This document shows positions 52,719-64,000 of a DNA stretch of 64,000 bases, one piece after another. The translations under genes and the position numbers were made by a program. Each line of letters starts with the position of its first letter. Positions within the stretch are counted from its first letter, which is position 1. The stretch comes from Mobula birostris (taxonomy: Eukaryota). The stretch lies in NCBI RefSeq assembly GCF_030028105.1, contig NC_092397.1, forward strand, positions 29,603,097-29,667,096, read 5' to 3'. The notes beneath the pieces were generated by a model. That model saw only the letters and a list, made by a program, of their open reading frames with translations, searched no databases and was not told the DNA's origin.

Positions 52719-53007
52719 TCATGAGAGTCCTGTTAACTGCTTATTCTTTTCCATTTTGTTTGTGTTCCCTTGGAATTACATAACAGTTATTTACAGCTCC
52801 TCCCGTCAGTATCACTGGCCTCAACACCACAGAGAAATCCCTTTTGCATCTCACGTCCCGTCCTGTTAAATTGAAGCTTGAGGAGAACCTGTTTCCCCTG
52901 CTTCCTGGTTCTGACAAAACTGCCTGATCTTGGAGTATATTTTGGTCTGTATCATCCACTTCTTCTCCTGTCATAACCGGTCCTTTCCTTTTCCTGAGAG
53001 AGTGAGT

Positions 53008-53045
<38 letters not shown>

Positions 53046-53061
53046 GAGACAGAGAGAGATG

Positions 53062-53563
53062 AGGCTGCATGATATTGTCGGATGTGTGTTTCCCCTCCAT
53101 CTCGGAGATCGGCTTGTTTAGTGGATGATAAGTATTATTTTGAATTATGTACTGTTACTGCAATAGAAATTTGTTTTTTCTTTCTGTATTAAAATCGTAC
53201 GAGTTCTAACGAAGTGTTTTGTTCTAACAAAGTGTGTTGTTTCAAACCGTGTGCAGTCTCCTTTGTTTGCGTATGCCTAAATCAATACCCTTAACTGAAT
53301 CCAAAACGAGAGGCAATTTGAAGGCACATGAATATACTGAGATGGAATGCTATGAATCACATGCAGTCATCACTTTAGCCGGGTGCTGGGGGTGTGGTCA
53401 CAGACAAGATTATCTGTGGAAATGAGTGAAACTGCAGGAAGGTACTTTGCATCGATCATGCCAGAGACAAGGATGTCTCTGAGAAGGTACAGGCCATTCT
53501 GAAAGGGCAGGGCCAGCAGCCAGGAGTCATGATCCTTATTAGAACTAACAACACAGAGACAAG
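53062..53563 (+). repeat. About 500-bp direct duplicate of 60591-61093
   Basis: Shared GGCTTGTTTAGTGGAT, TTCTGTATTAAAATCGTACGAGTTC and CCTTATTAGAACTAACAAC; both copies preceded by (GA)n. Confidence 0.85.
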
Positions 53564-54364
53564 GTACTGCAAATTGTATTTAAGGAGTAAAGGAGTAGGA
53601 ATTTCAGGATTTCTTCAGTTGTCACATGCTTGCGAGGTAGGGTATGGTAATTTGGTACACTTAAATGAGTGGCTAACAATCTGGTGCGGGGGGGTGGGGG
53701 AATGCATCAGGAACACAGATCATTGGGTTCTCTTGCAGAATAAATGGGACTGGTGTAAGGAGGATGGGTTACAGTGAAGGGAAACTAATATTCACACAGG
53801 GAATCTTGCTGGAGTCACACTGATGATTTTTATCATGTGCCATGTGGAGCGGGTGTTGGGATCCAGAGCTACAGGTCAGTAAGTAGCATTGATCGGAAGG
53901 TAGAGGTGAGGTCAAAGAACCCCCAAAGGAAGTAAAGATGGGGACACATTAATGAGCAGAGTGGCACCGAAAGGCAGATGTGAGTTTATTTCAGGGCAGA
54001 GTGTAGAACAGTGAAAGCAGGTGTGCTTAGAGCCTGGATTAGTAATGTCAAGGTAATTCATCCACTGCAGAGATCTGGTTGAGAGAAGGGTAGGACTGGT
54101 ATCTGAACATTGCAGGATTTATATGATTCAGACAGTCCAGAGGGAGCTAAAAGAGGTTGGGGAGCTGTACTGCTGATCCGGCAGAAAGTAACACGTTTGA
54201 GGTCATCCTAGAGGCTCATCAAGTAAGACAATGTGGAAGGAATCAGGAATAAGAAATGCACAATCACGGTGATGGGATTATACTGTAGACCTCCCAATAG
54301 CCAGTAAGAGAGAGGAAGAGATATGTTAGCAGGTTATGGTCTAATGTAAAAACAATAGAGTAGC

Positions 54365-54552
54365 ATTGAAGAAGAAGAAATCTTATAACTCCGGCTAGAC
54401 TCACAAGGACGCCGTCTTCGCGGCATTTTTGTCGCAGGCTTTCTTAATTTTACGAGGCAGAGTTGCCAGCTCGACGCTCAGCCAAGTACGGATGGAATGC
54501 CTGCAAGGGTGGGGGCCCTCTGGGTTCGAACTCGGGAGGTTTCAGCCGGCAA
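54365..54552 (-). mobile_element. tRNA-derived SINE with (TTC)n tail
   Basis: Box B GAGTTCGAACC; TSD AGTAGC (54359-54364 and 54553-54558); inserted into an old CR1. Confidence 0.7.
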
Positions 54553-56064
54553 AGTAGCTGTAGTGGCTGAATAATCTTCTCAGAATAACTGAGGCACCTT
54601 CACCACCTGAGGCTTGGATGCAGCATTATTTGTGAGGTGTGTTCAGGAAGGTTTCTAGAAACAGTGTATAGGTGGTCCGCCAAGGAGGGGGGCATATGTG
54701 GCATAGTATTGGGAAATAAGCCTAGCAAGATGATTGGAGATTAAATGGGAAAACAAAAACTAAGGATGATAATGCAGGAAGTTTTCAGAAGGTTATTAAT
54801 AAGGATAAACATGGACAAGCAGGTGGGTGAATGTAAGTTTCTGGAAATCAAATTACAGCAGAATCCAGCAGGAATCATAGAGAGTAGTCTGGGAGCTGAT
54901 GTTACTGGATAGAGCTAATGTTAAGTGATTTCTGACATGCGAGCGTCTCTTACAGTCCAGTCAGTCAGAATTCAGGTGTACCCTGTTTCTGTGAGGAGGG
55001 TAGAGAAGGACAGCGTCGTTCAAGAACCTAAGGTGATGGGAAATATTGTACATGTTTAAAAATGCAAGAGGAGTCATGTGTAAGGTTGAGGAAGATGAAA
55101 TTAGACAGGGTCTTGGAGAACCATTCCAGAAGCAAGAACCAGGTCACACTGTGAATCAGGAGAGCGAACAGTGATCAGAAAATGAATACATTGAGTTTAT
55201 GCCTGGTGGCAGAGTTAGCATGTGAGGTAGAAAATGAATTCTTTGCATTCAATGGCGATCACTAAGGAGAAGGACATGGAGTACAGCGTGAAAAGAAAGG
55301 GGGTATGGAGATATTCTCTGGCTTGTTAATACTAACAAGGAGGTGCTGTTGGGACGTTCAGACCATTTATATGGGTAAATCCTTTGGGTTATTTAGTACT
55401 TTGGGATACACAGACCACATGCTGTTAAATATGATGTTTAAATTGCTGGTACTGTACTGTAAGGCGACAGAACCTAACAATATCTGGCCCGTCTTGCAAG
55501 GGGACGGACAAAGTCTATTTCTGGTATAAACATACCCTGCATATGTGACTGCTCAAGAAAGGCAGCAGTTGAATACAGGGACAGTGAACTTAACCATATC
55601 TAGACCTTCAGTACCAGCACACAGGCCCGTGCAGTGAGCACACGGATCTGTACATACCCAGAACTGCACTCCACCATTAAACACTTCTACAACACAGGGA
55701 CTTCAAGGAAAGACACCTGTACAACCCTGATACTGGACTGCTATTCATAGACAATATCTATCCCCTCCTTCCGACTGGGCATCTCTCAGGATGTAACAGA
55801 GATTTGAAAAGGGAGAACCTTGAATTATGTGTGCTTCAATTTCCAAAAGGTTTGGAAATGCCACCGGCAGAAAGAGGAACAAGAATGTAGGTAGTTTATG
55901 GAAAGTTGTGAAAGCAGCTGAGGAGTGTGTAACTGTAATTTCCCCAAAATTGACTGAGATTATCTTCGTGCAGAATTTGTTGGATTTTCCAGAATTTACG
56001 CTCTATACTATGTAAGTTTGTGCAGATGAAGGAATTTCATCTAGAACTTCGATAATGTTGAAAA

Positions 56065-57670
56065 CATAGAAAACGTACAGCACGATACAGACCCTTTGGC
56101 CCACAAAGCTGTGCCAAACATGTCCTTACCTTAGAACTACCTCAGCTTACCCATAGCCCTCTATTTTTCTAAGCCCCATGTATCCATCCAGGAGTTTCTT
56201 AAAATAAGCTATCGTTTCTGCCTCCACCAACACCGCCGGCAGCCCATTCCAGGCACTCATTATTTTTAAATTAAAAACAAACTTACCCCTGACATCTCCT
56301 CTGTACCTATTTCCAAACACTTTAAAACGATGTCCTCTCCTGCGAGCCATTTCAGACTTGGGAGGGGGAGGGGTGGGGAAAGTAACTCCGACTATCCACA
56401 AGATCAATGCCTCTCCTTATCTTGTACGCTTCTATCCTATCACCTCTCATCCTCCGTCGCTCAAAGAGAAAAGGCCGAATTCACTCAAACTATTCTCATA
56501 AGGTATGCTTCTCAATCCCGGCATCATCCTTGAAAAGCAACACTCACATCACACTGAAGGAACTTCCTTGAAGATCTCCTCTGCACCTTATCTGTGGTTT
56601 CCACGGCCTTCCTGCAGTGAGGCGACCTGAACTGAGCACAGTACTCCAAGTGGGGTTTGATCAGGGTCCAAAAGAGCTGCAACCTTACCTCTTGGCTCTT
56701 AAACTCGATTCCACGATTGATGAAGGCCAATGCACTGTATGCCTTCTCAACCGCAGAGTCAACCTGCTTAGCAGCTTTGCGTGCCCTATGGAGTTGGACC
56801 CCAGGATCACTCTGATCCTCCACACGGCCATTAATACGTATTCTGTCATCATATTTCACCTTTACAAAATGAACCACCCCACACTAAATTGGTTGAACCC
56901 CACCTGCCACTTCTCAGACCAGTTATGCATCCTATCAATGCTCTGTTGTAACCCCTGACAGCCCTGCTCACTTTATCCACAACACTCCCAACCGTTGTGT
57001 CATCAGTATATTTCTAACTCATCCCTCCACTTCCTCATCCAGGCCATTTATAAAAATCACAAAGAGTAGTGGTCCGAAAACAGATCCCTGAGTCACACCA
57101 CTGGTCATCGTCCTCCATGCAGAAATGATCTGTCTACAACCACTCTTTGCCTTCTGTTGGCAAGCCAGTTCTGGATGCACAAATCAATCTCCCCCTGGAT
57201 CCCATGACTCCTTATATTCTCAATAAGCCTTGCATGGGTACCTCATCGAATGCCTTGCTAAAATCCATATACACTACATATGTGGCACTCCCTTCATCAA
57301 TGTGTTCAGTCACATCCTCAGTATATTCAATCAGGCCCGTTAGGCACGATCTGCCTTTGACAAAGCCTTGCTGACTATTCCGAATCATATTATGCCTCTC
57401 CAGATGTTCATAAATCTTGCCTCTCCGGATATTCTCCAGCAACTTACCAGCCATTGAAGAAAGACTCACTGGCCTCTAATTTCCTGGGTTATCCCAACTC
57501 CCTTTCTTGAATAAAGAAACAACATCTGCAGCCCTCCAATCCTCCGGAACCTCTCCCGTCTCATTGATGATGCAAACATTATCACCAGAGTCTCAGCAAT
57601 CTCCACCCTCGCTTCCCGCCGTAGCATGGGGTAAATTCCGTCCTGTCCCGGTGACTTATCCAACTTGATG
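56065..57670 (-). mobile_element. CR1 LINE ORF2 3' half
   Basis: SQQGFVKGRSCLT, YMDFSKAFD and HLEYCAQFRSP motifs. Confidence 0.9.
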
Positions 57671-58769
57671 AATAATGAGCACACCATGTTGGGGAATTTA
57701 CTAAACTGAGGGCAAGCTAATGAGAACTATACTGGGCAGGAATGGGGAGAGTGGAGACTGGGAGCTGCTGTGATCGGGTAAACTCACATCTGGCCTGTCG
57801 GATTTATTTAAAGTCGAGCAGTTCATCAACGTTGCAAATTGTCAGAAAGGAGAAGCGACCGTGAGGAAACTTTAGTAAGTGGAAATTATACAAGGCCCCC
57901 GATGAATGTAGAGCAATATGCAAATTAAACAGAGAATCAAGTGTTGAATGATGCTGGGAGAAGGGGAATTATTTTGCAGAGAAGACTGGCGAGAATACCA
58001 AGGCACTTTGCAGATATATTAAAAACACGAGGAACATCACAAAGAAGGTGGGAAAGTAGAACAACTCAGAGGAGAGAACGTATGCCTGGAGGTGGGCAAA
58101 GCACCAAATGATTACTTCATGTCAGTATTCCTTGAACGGAAAGTGATGCAGTAAAGAAAGTTCAGGAGGATACAGCGAAATTCCACTGCACGTTGATAAC
58201 AAGCTGATGGGAGCGTCGAGACTCTCACCAGACTGGATGGGATACATCCGAGATTATTGAGTGAACGAGGCTAGATAGCAGATTTCTGGGGCCTTCACGG
58301 AGACCTTTGTCGACTATTTTTAATGGCACATATTGTTTCAAAGGACTGGAGATGTGTCGATGTTGTTTCCCTGTTTAACGAGGGCAATAGTGACAATCCA
58401 GGAATTGGTTGACTCCGACATTAATGTTGTGGAAATAACTGGAGATAATTCTTACTCATAGAATCAACCTACATTGGTAAAGTCATATCTTTTCAGGGTA
58501 GCCATCATGGCTTTCTGTGGGTGAGATCACATTTTATGTAAAACAGTTGATTGATGAAGGCTGGGCCGTGGATATTGTACACATGGACTTTGATAAGCTT
58601 TCAACAAGGCCTCTCATGGTAGGCTCATGCAGAGCATTTAGACTCCATGGAGATTTGGTAGAGACTCCGTGGAGATTCCATGCAGAAAGCAATGGTTGAA
58701 GGGTGTTATTCTAACTGGAGATCTGTGAACAGAGGTTCTCCACGAGGATCAGTGCTGGGAACTGAATTT

Positions 58770-60175
58770 AAACTGAACTGAATTAACTTTATTTCTTATA
58801 TCCTTCATATACATAAGGAGTAAAAATCTTTATGTTACGTCTTCATCTAAACGTGCAATGTGCAATCATAGTAATATACAATAAATAGAACAGTCCATGC
58901 AATATAGTGTACACTCAAATCAGCGTGAGTTCATCAGTCTGATGCCCTGGTGGAAGAAGCTGCCCTGGAGTCTTTTGAACCTAGCTGTTATGCTGCGGTA
59001 CCGTTTCCCGGATGTTAGGAACTGGAATAGATCGTGGCTGGGGTGGCTCGAGTGCCCAGTGATTCTACGAGCCCTTTTTACAAACCTATCCTTGTAAATG
59101 TCCTGAATCATGAGAAGTTTACAACTACAGATGCGCTGGGCTGTCCTCACCACTCTCTGCAGAGTCCTGCGATTCAGGAAGGTACTGTTCACATACCAGG
59201 CAGTAATGTAGCCAGTCAGAATACACCCAATTGTGCCCCTTTAGAAAGTTCTTATGATTTGTGTGCCCGCACCAAACTTTCTCCACCGTCTGAGGTGAAA
59301 GTAGCTTCAGTGAGTAGAAAGTGGGGGTTGTGCTTTATTCACCACACAGCTGGGGTGCACAGACCACGTGAGGTCCTCGATGATGTGCATGCCGAGGAAT
59401 CGGAAGCTGCTCAACTCCAGACCGATTGGAGTCAATAGGGATTCGCCGGTCTCCATTCCTCCTGTAATCCGCAACCAGCTTCTTTGTTTTTGCGAGGTGG
59501 GGGGGGGGGGTTGTTTTGCTGACACTACTGTGTCAGAGGGATGACTTCTCCCCTGAGGGCCAGCTCACTATTGTTTGACAGTAGGCCAATCACTGTCGTG
59601 TCGTTGGGTAATTTAATTAGCAGCTTAGAGCTGTGGGTGGCGATACGGTCACTGGTGTACAGGGAGTAAAGGAGGGGAATCAGTTAGCAGCACCGAGGGG
59701 CTCCTGTATTGAGAGTTAGAGGGGTCGTGGTGAGGAAGCCCACCCTTACAACCTGCTGGTGATCTGACAGGAAGTCCAGGATCCAGCTACACAAAGCTGG
59801 ATCAACGCCGAGGTCTCCGAGCTTCTTTTCGAGCCTAGATAGAACTATTGTGTTGAATGCCAAACTGTAGTCCAAGAACAGCATTCTCACATGTATGCTT
59901 CTTCTCCAGCTGTGCAACGACTAGCTGTAGAGCTGTGGTTACTGTGTTCTCTGTCGATCGGTTGTGTCGGCAGGCAAATTGCAGGGGTTCCAGTCTGGGT
60001 GGCAGCGAGCTGCAGTTGTAATACTTGACCAGCCTCTCGAAGCCATTGCTTATTATTATGGTGTGCGCAAGAGGACGCCAGTCATTCAGGCATGTTACCT
60101 TGGTATGTTTTGGTACAGGGACAATGGTGGATAACTTGAAGAAGGAGGGCACTCTGTCCTGGGAGGGGAGATTGG
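58770..60175 (-). mobile_element. Rex1/Babar-like LINE
   Basis: IVPVPK...LNDWRP, MLFLDYSLAFNTI and HPSHDLFQFLTSGKRYR motifs. Confidence 0.88.
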
Positions 60176-60512
60176 TGAGGACGAGTGAGACATCGCGGCG
60201 AGAGACAGATGGAGACACAGATAGGGGGCAGGACGGAGAGAGAGTGAGACAGTGAAATTGAATGAGACATTGCGAGGGAGAGACAGAATGAGACAGAAAC
60301 GGAGAGGGGGATAGAGAAATAGTGAGAGTGAATGGGACATCGTGAAGGAGTGAGCGAGAGGCTGCAGGACGCGAAGGAGAGAGAGCGAATGAGTCATCGC
60401 GAGAAAGATGGCGCGAGGGAGTTGGCGTGAGGCAGAGGGCGCGAGGGAGAGGACCTGAGGGAGAGCGCGTGTGGGGCAGACAGAGAGAGAGAGAGAGAGA
60501 GCGAGAGAGAGC

Positions 60513-60543
<31 letters not shown>

Positions 60544-61129
60544 GTGAATGAGACATATGAAGGGAGACCGCGACAGTGAGGGAGAAAACAGGCTGCGTGA
60601 CAATGTCGGATCTGTGTTTCTCCTCCAACACGAAGATTGGCTTGTTTAGTGGATAGTAAGTATTATTTTAAATTATGTACTGCTGCTACTGTAGATATTT
60701 GTTTTTTCATTCTGTATTAAAATCGTACGAGTTCGAACAAAGTGTTTTCATTTCAACATACGTACAGACTCCTTTGTTTGCAAATGCATGTGTAAATATC
60801 CTGAGCTGAATCAAAAAAGAATACAATGAATGATTTTTAAAACAATTTTCATTGCAAGATTCTGTTACATAAGCTCATCAATATACAGGACATGGAAGGA
60901 TATGAATCACAGGCAGCAAACACTTTAGCTGGGGGAACACAGACGGGAGTGTCTGTGGAAATGAGTGAGATTACAGGATAGTGCATTACTTCACTCATGC
61001 CAGGAACAAGGATAACTCTGAGAAGCTACAGGCCATCCTGAAAGGGCAGGATGAGCAGCCAGACCTTATTAGAACTAACAACAGAGACAAGATTCTTTAA
61101 TGAGAATTTCAGGGAGTTGGGCAGAAAAT

Positions 61130-64000
61130 AAACATAGAACATAGAACATAGAATAGTACCGCACAGTACAGGCCCTTCGGCCCACAATTTTGTGCCGACC
61201 CTTAAACCCAGCCACACATTTAACCCCATATACCTGTCCAGCCATCTCTTAAATTTTACTAGTGTTTCTGCCTCCACCACATACTCAGGCAGTGTATTCC
61301 ATGCACCAACCACTCTCTGAGTAAAGAATCTTCATCTAATATCCCCCTTGAACTTCCCACTCTTTATCTTCAAGCCACGTCCTCTTGTTACTGAACAGTG
61401 GAGCCCTGGTGAAGAGGCTCTGGCAGTGCACTATATCTATTCCTCTTAATATCTTGTATACCTTTATCATGTCTCCTCACATCCTCCTTCTCTCCAAAGA
61501 GTAAAGCCCTAGCTCCCTTAATCTCTGATCATAATGCATGCTCTCTAAACCAGGCTGCATCCTGGTGACTCTCCTCTGTACCTTTTCCAATACTTACACA
61601 TCTTTCCTATAGTGTGACGACCAGAACTGGACACAGTACACCAAGTGTAGCCTAACCAGAGTTTTATAGAGCTGCAATATTACCACGCGACTCTTAAACT
61701 CTATCCCGCGACTTACGAAAGCTAACAACCCATAACCTTTCTTGACGGCCCTATCTATCTTTGAGGTTACTTTCAAGGATCTGTGGAAATGTACCCCCAG
61801 ATCCCTCTGCCCCTCCGCACTACCAAATATCCTACCATTTACTCTGTACTCTGTCTTGGAGTTTGTCCTTCCAAAGTCTACCACATCACGGGTTGAACTC
61901 CATCTGCCACTTCTCAGCCCACTTCTGCATCCTATCATTGTCTGTCTGCAATCTTGGACAATCCCCTTCCCTATCTATCACACCACCAACCTTTGTGTCG
62001 TCTGCAAACTTGCTAACCAACCGTTCTACCACCACATTCAGGTTGTTAATAAAATCACGAAAGGTAGAGGTCCCAAAACGATCCTTATGGGACACCACTA
62101 GTCACAACCCTCCATTCCGAATGTACTCCCTCCACCACGACCCTCTGCTTTCTGGCAGGCAAGCCAATTCTGAATCGACCTAGACAAACCTCCCTGGAGC
62201 CCATGCCTTCTGACTTTCTGAATAAGCCTAATGTATGGAGCCTTGTCATATGCCTTACTAAAATCCATGTAGATCACATCCACTGCAGTACCCACATCTA
62301 TATGCCTGATTACCTCCTCAAAGAACTCTACCAGGCTTGTTAGACACAATCTGCCCTTCACAAAGCCATGCTGACTGTCCTTGATCAGACCATGATTCTC
62401 TAAATGCCCAGAGACCCTATCTCTAAGAATCTTTTCCAGCAGTTTTCCCACCACAGAAGTAAGGCTCAGTGGTCTATAATTACCCGGACTACCCTTACTA
62501 CTTTTTTTTTTTGAACAAGGGGACAATATAAGCCTCACTCCAATCCTCCGGTACCATTCCCGTGGGCAACAAGGACATAAAGATCCTAGCCAGGGCCTCA
62601 GCAATCTCTTCCCTCGCCTCGTGAAGCAGCCTGGGGAATATTCCTTCAGGCCCCGGGACTTGTCTGTCCTAATGTATTTAACAATTCCAACACCTCCTCT
62701 CCCTTAATATCAAAATGCTCCAGAACAACAACCACACTCATATTGTCCTCACCGTCATCAAGTTCCCTCTCATTGGTGAATACCGAAGAGAAGTATTCAT
62801 TGAGGACCTCGCTCACTTCGACAGACTCCAGGCACATCTTCCCACCTTTATCTCTAATCCGTCCTACCTTCACCCTGTCATCCCTTTTGTTCTTCACATA
62901 ACTGAAAAATGCCTTGGGGTGTTCCTTTACCCTACTCGCCAAGGCCTTCTCATGCCCCCTTCTTGCTCAGCTCAGCCCATGCTTAAGCTCATTTCTTACT
63001 ACCCTATTTTCCTCAATAGACCCATCTGATCCTTGCTTCCTAAACCTCATGTATGCTGCCTTCTTCCAGCTGATCAGGTTTTCCACCTCACTTGTCACCC
63101 ATGGTTCCTTCACCCTAACATTCTTTATCTTCCTCACCGGGATAAATTTATCCCTAAGACCTGCAAAAGATCGCTAAACATCGCCCACATGTCCATAGTA
63201 CATTTCCCTGCAAAAACATCATCGCAATTCACAACCACAAGTTCTAGCCTTATAGCCTCATAATTTACCCTTCCCCAATTAAAAATGGTCCTGTCCTCTC
63301 TGATTCTATCCTTTTCCATGATGATGTTAAAGCCAGGGAGCGGTGGTCACTGTCCCCCAGATGCTCACACACTGAGCGATCTGTGACCTGACCCGGTTCG
63401 TTACCTAATACTAGATCTATTATGGCATTCCCCCTAGTCGGCCTGTCAACATATTGTGACAGGAAATCTAGGAATATTCAGAATTCCTCCCTGCCCTGGT
63501 GCCAGCCACGTCTCTGTAATGGCCACTACTTCATAATTACATGTATGTATCCAAGCTCTCAGTTCATCCCCTTTGCTCCTAAAGCTTCGTGCATTGAAGT
63601 ACACGCACATTAGCCCTTCTACTTTACTAACTTTACACCCTTTATTCTGTTTCTCTTTCCTCAAAGCCTTCGAATATATATTAGATCTGGCTATAGTCCA
63701 TGCACTATTCTTGCAGTTCTCGGATGACCTTTATCCTCCTTCACCTAATTATCTGCTCTAACACTCTGCTCCCCACTCCTCCCCGCAATTCTGGTGTATT
63801 TCCTCCGGAGCAGCACTCGGAATCCTTCCCACAAGGATGTTGCCCCCCCCTCCAGTTCAGGTGGAACCCATCCCGTCGGAACAGGTCCCACCTTCCCTGG
63901 AAAAAGGCCCAATTGTCCAGAAACATGAAGGCCTTCCTCTTGCACCAACTCCTTAGCCACGTGTTCAGCTTCATTATCTTCCCATTTCTAGCTTCACTAG
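61130..64000 (-). mobile_element. Long CR1 LINE (ORF1 esterase, APE, RT, tail), frameshifted
   Basis: LNTWLRSWC...DGFHLN; YFNARS...AITETWL; SQHGFVKGR; SKFADDTKVGG; (TTCTATG)n tail at about 61130-61153. Confidence 0.92.

Noticed and set aside
55423-55694. Possible short solo LTR (TGTT...AACA)
   Set aside because: No target-site duplication found.

Overview
Vertebrate nuclear DNA. The repeat families and GPCR type point to a cartilaginous fish, probably a ray (inference). Most of the window is decayed transposons: CR1 and Rex1/Babar-like LINEs, Penelope-like elements, one Tc1, a solo LTR and SINEs. Genes: three co-oriented replication-dependent histone genes (H2A, H2B, H4; minus strand, 3.8-8.0 kb), a tRNA cluster (26-37 kb; intact Gly-CCC, Asn-GTT and iMet plus pseudogenes), and an intact two-exon GPR139-like receptor (48131-50975). 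Features not visible in the ORF track: (1) a frameshifted gamma-type retroviral env fossil at about 37.9-38.9 kb with an ISD/CX6CC remnant, polypurine tract and probable 3' LTR; (2) about 10 degenerate copies of a minimal type I hammerhead ribozyme motif in Penelope ends and their derivatives; (3) a mirror-image (inverted duplicate) layout of the tRNA cluster; (4) an H2B with a broken 3' stem-loop and an orphan H4 promoter. Everything was read by eye, so repeat boundaries are approximate.
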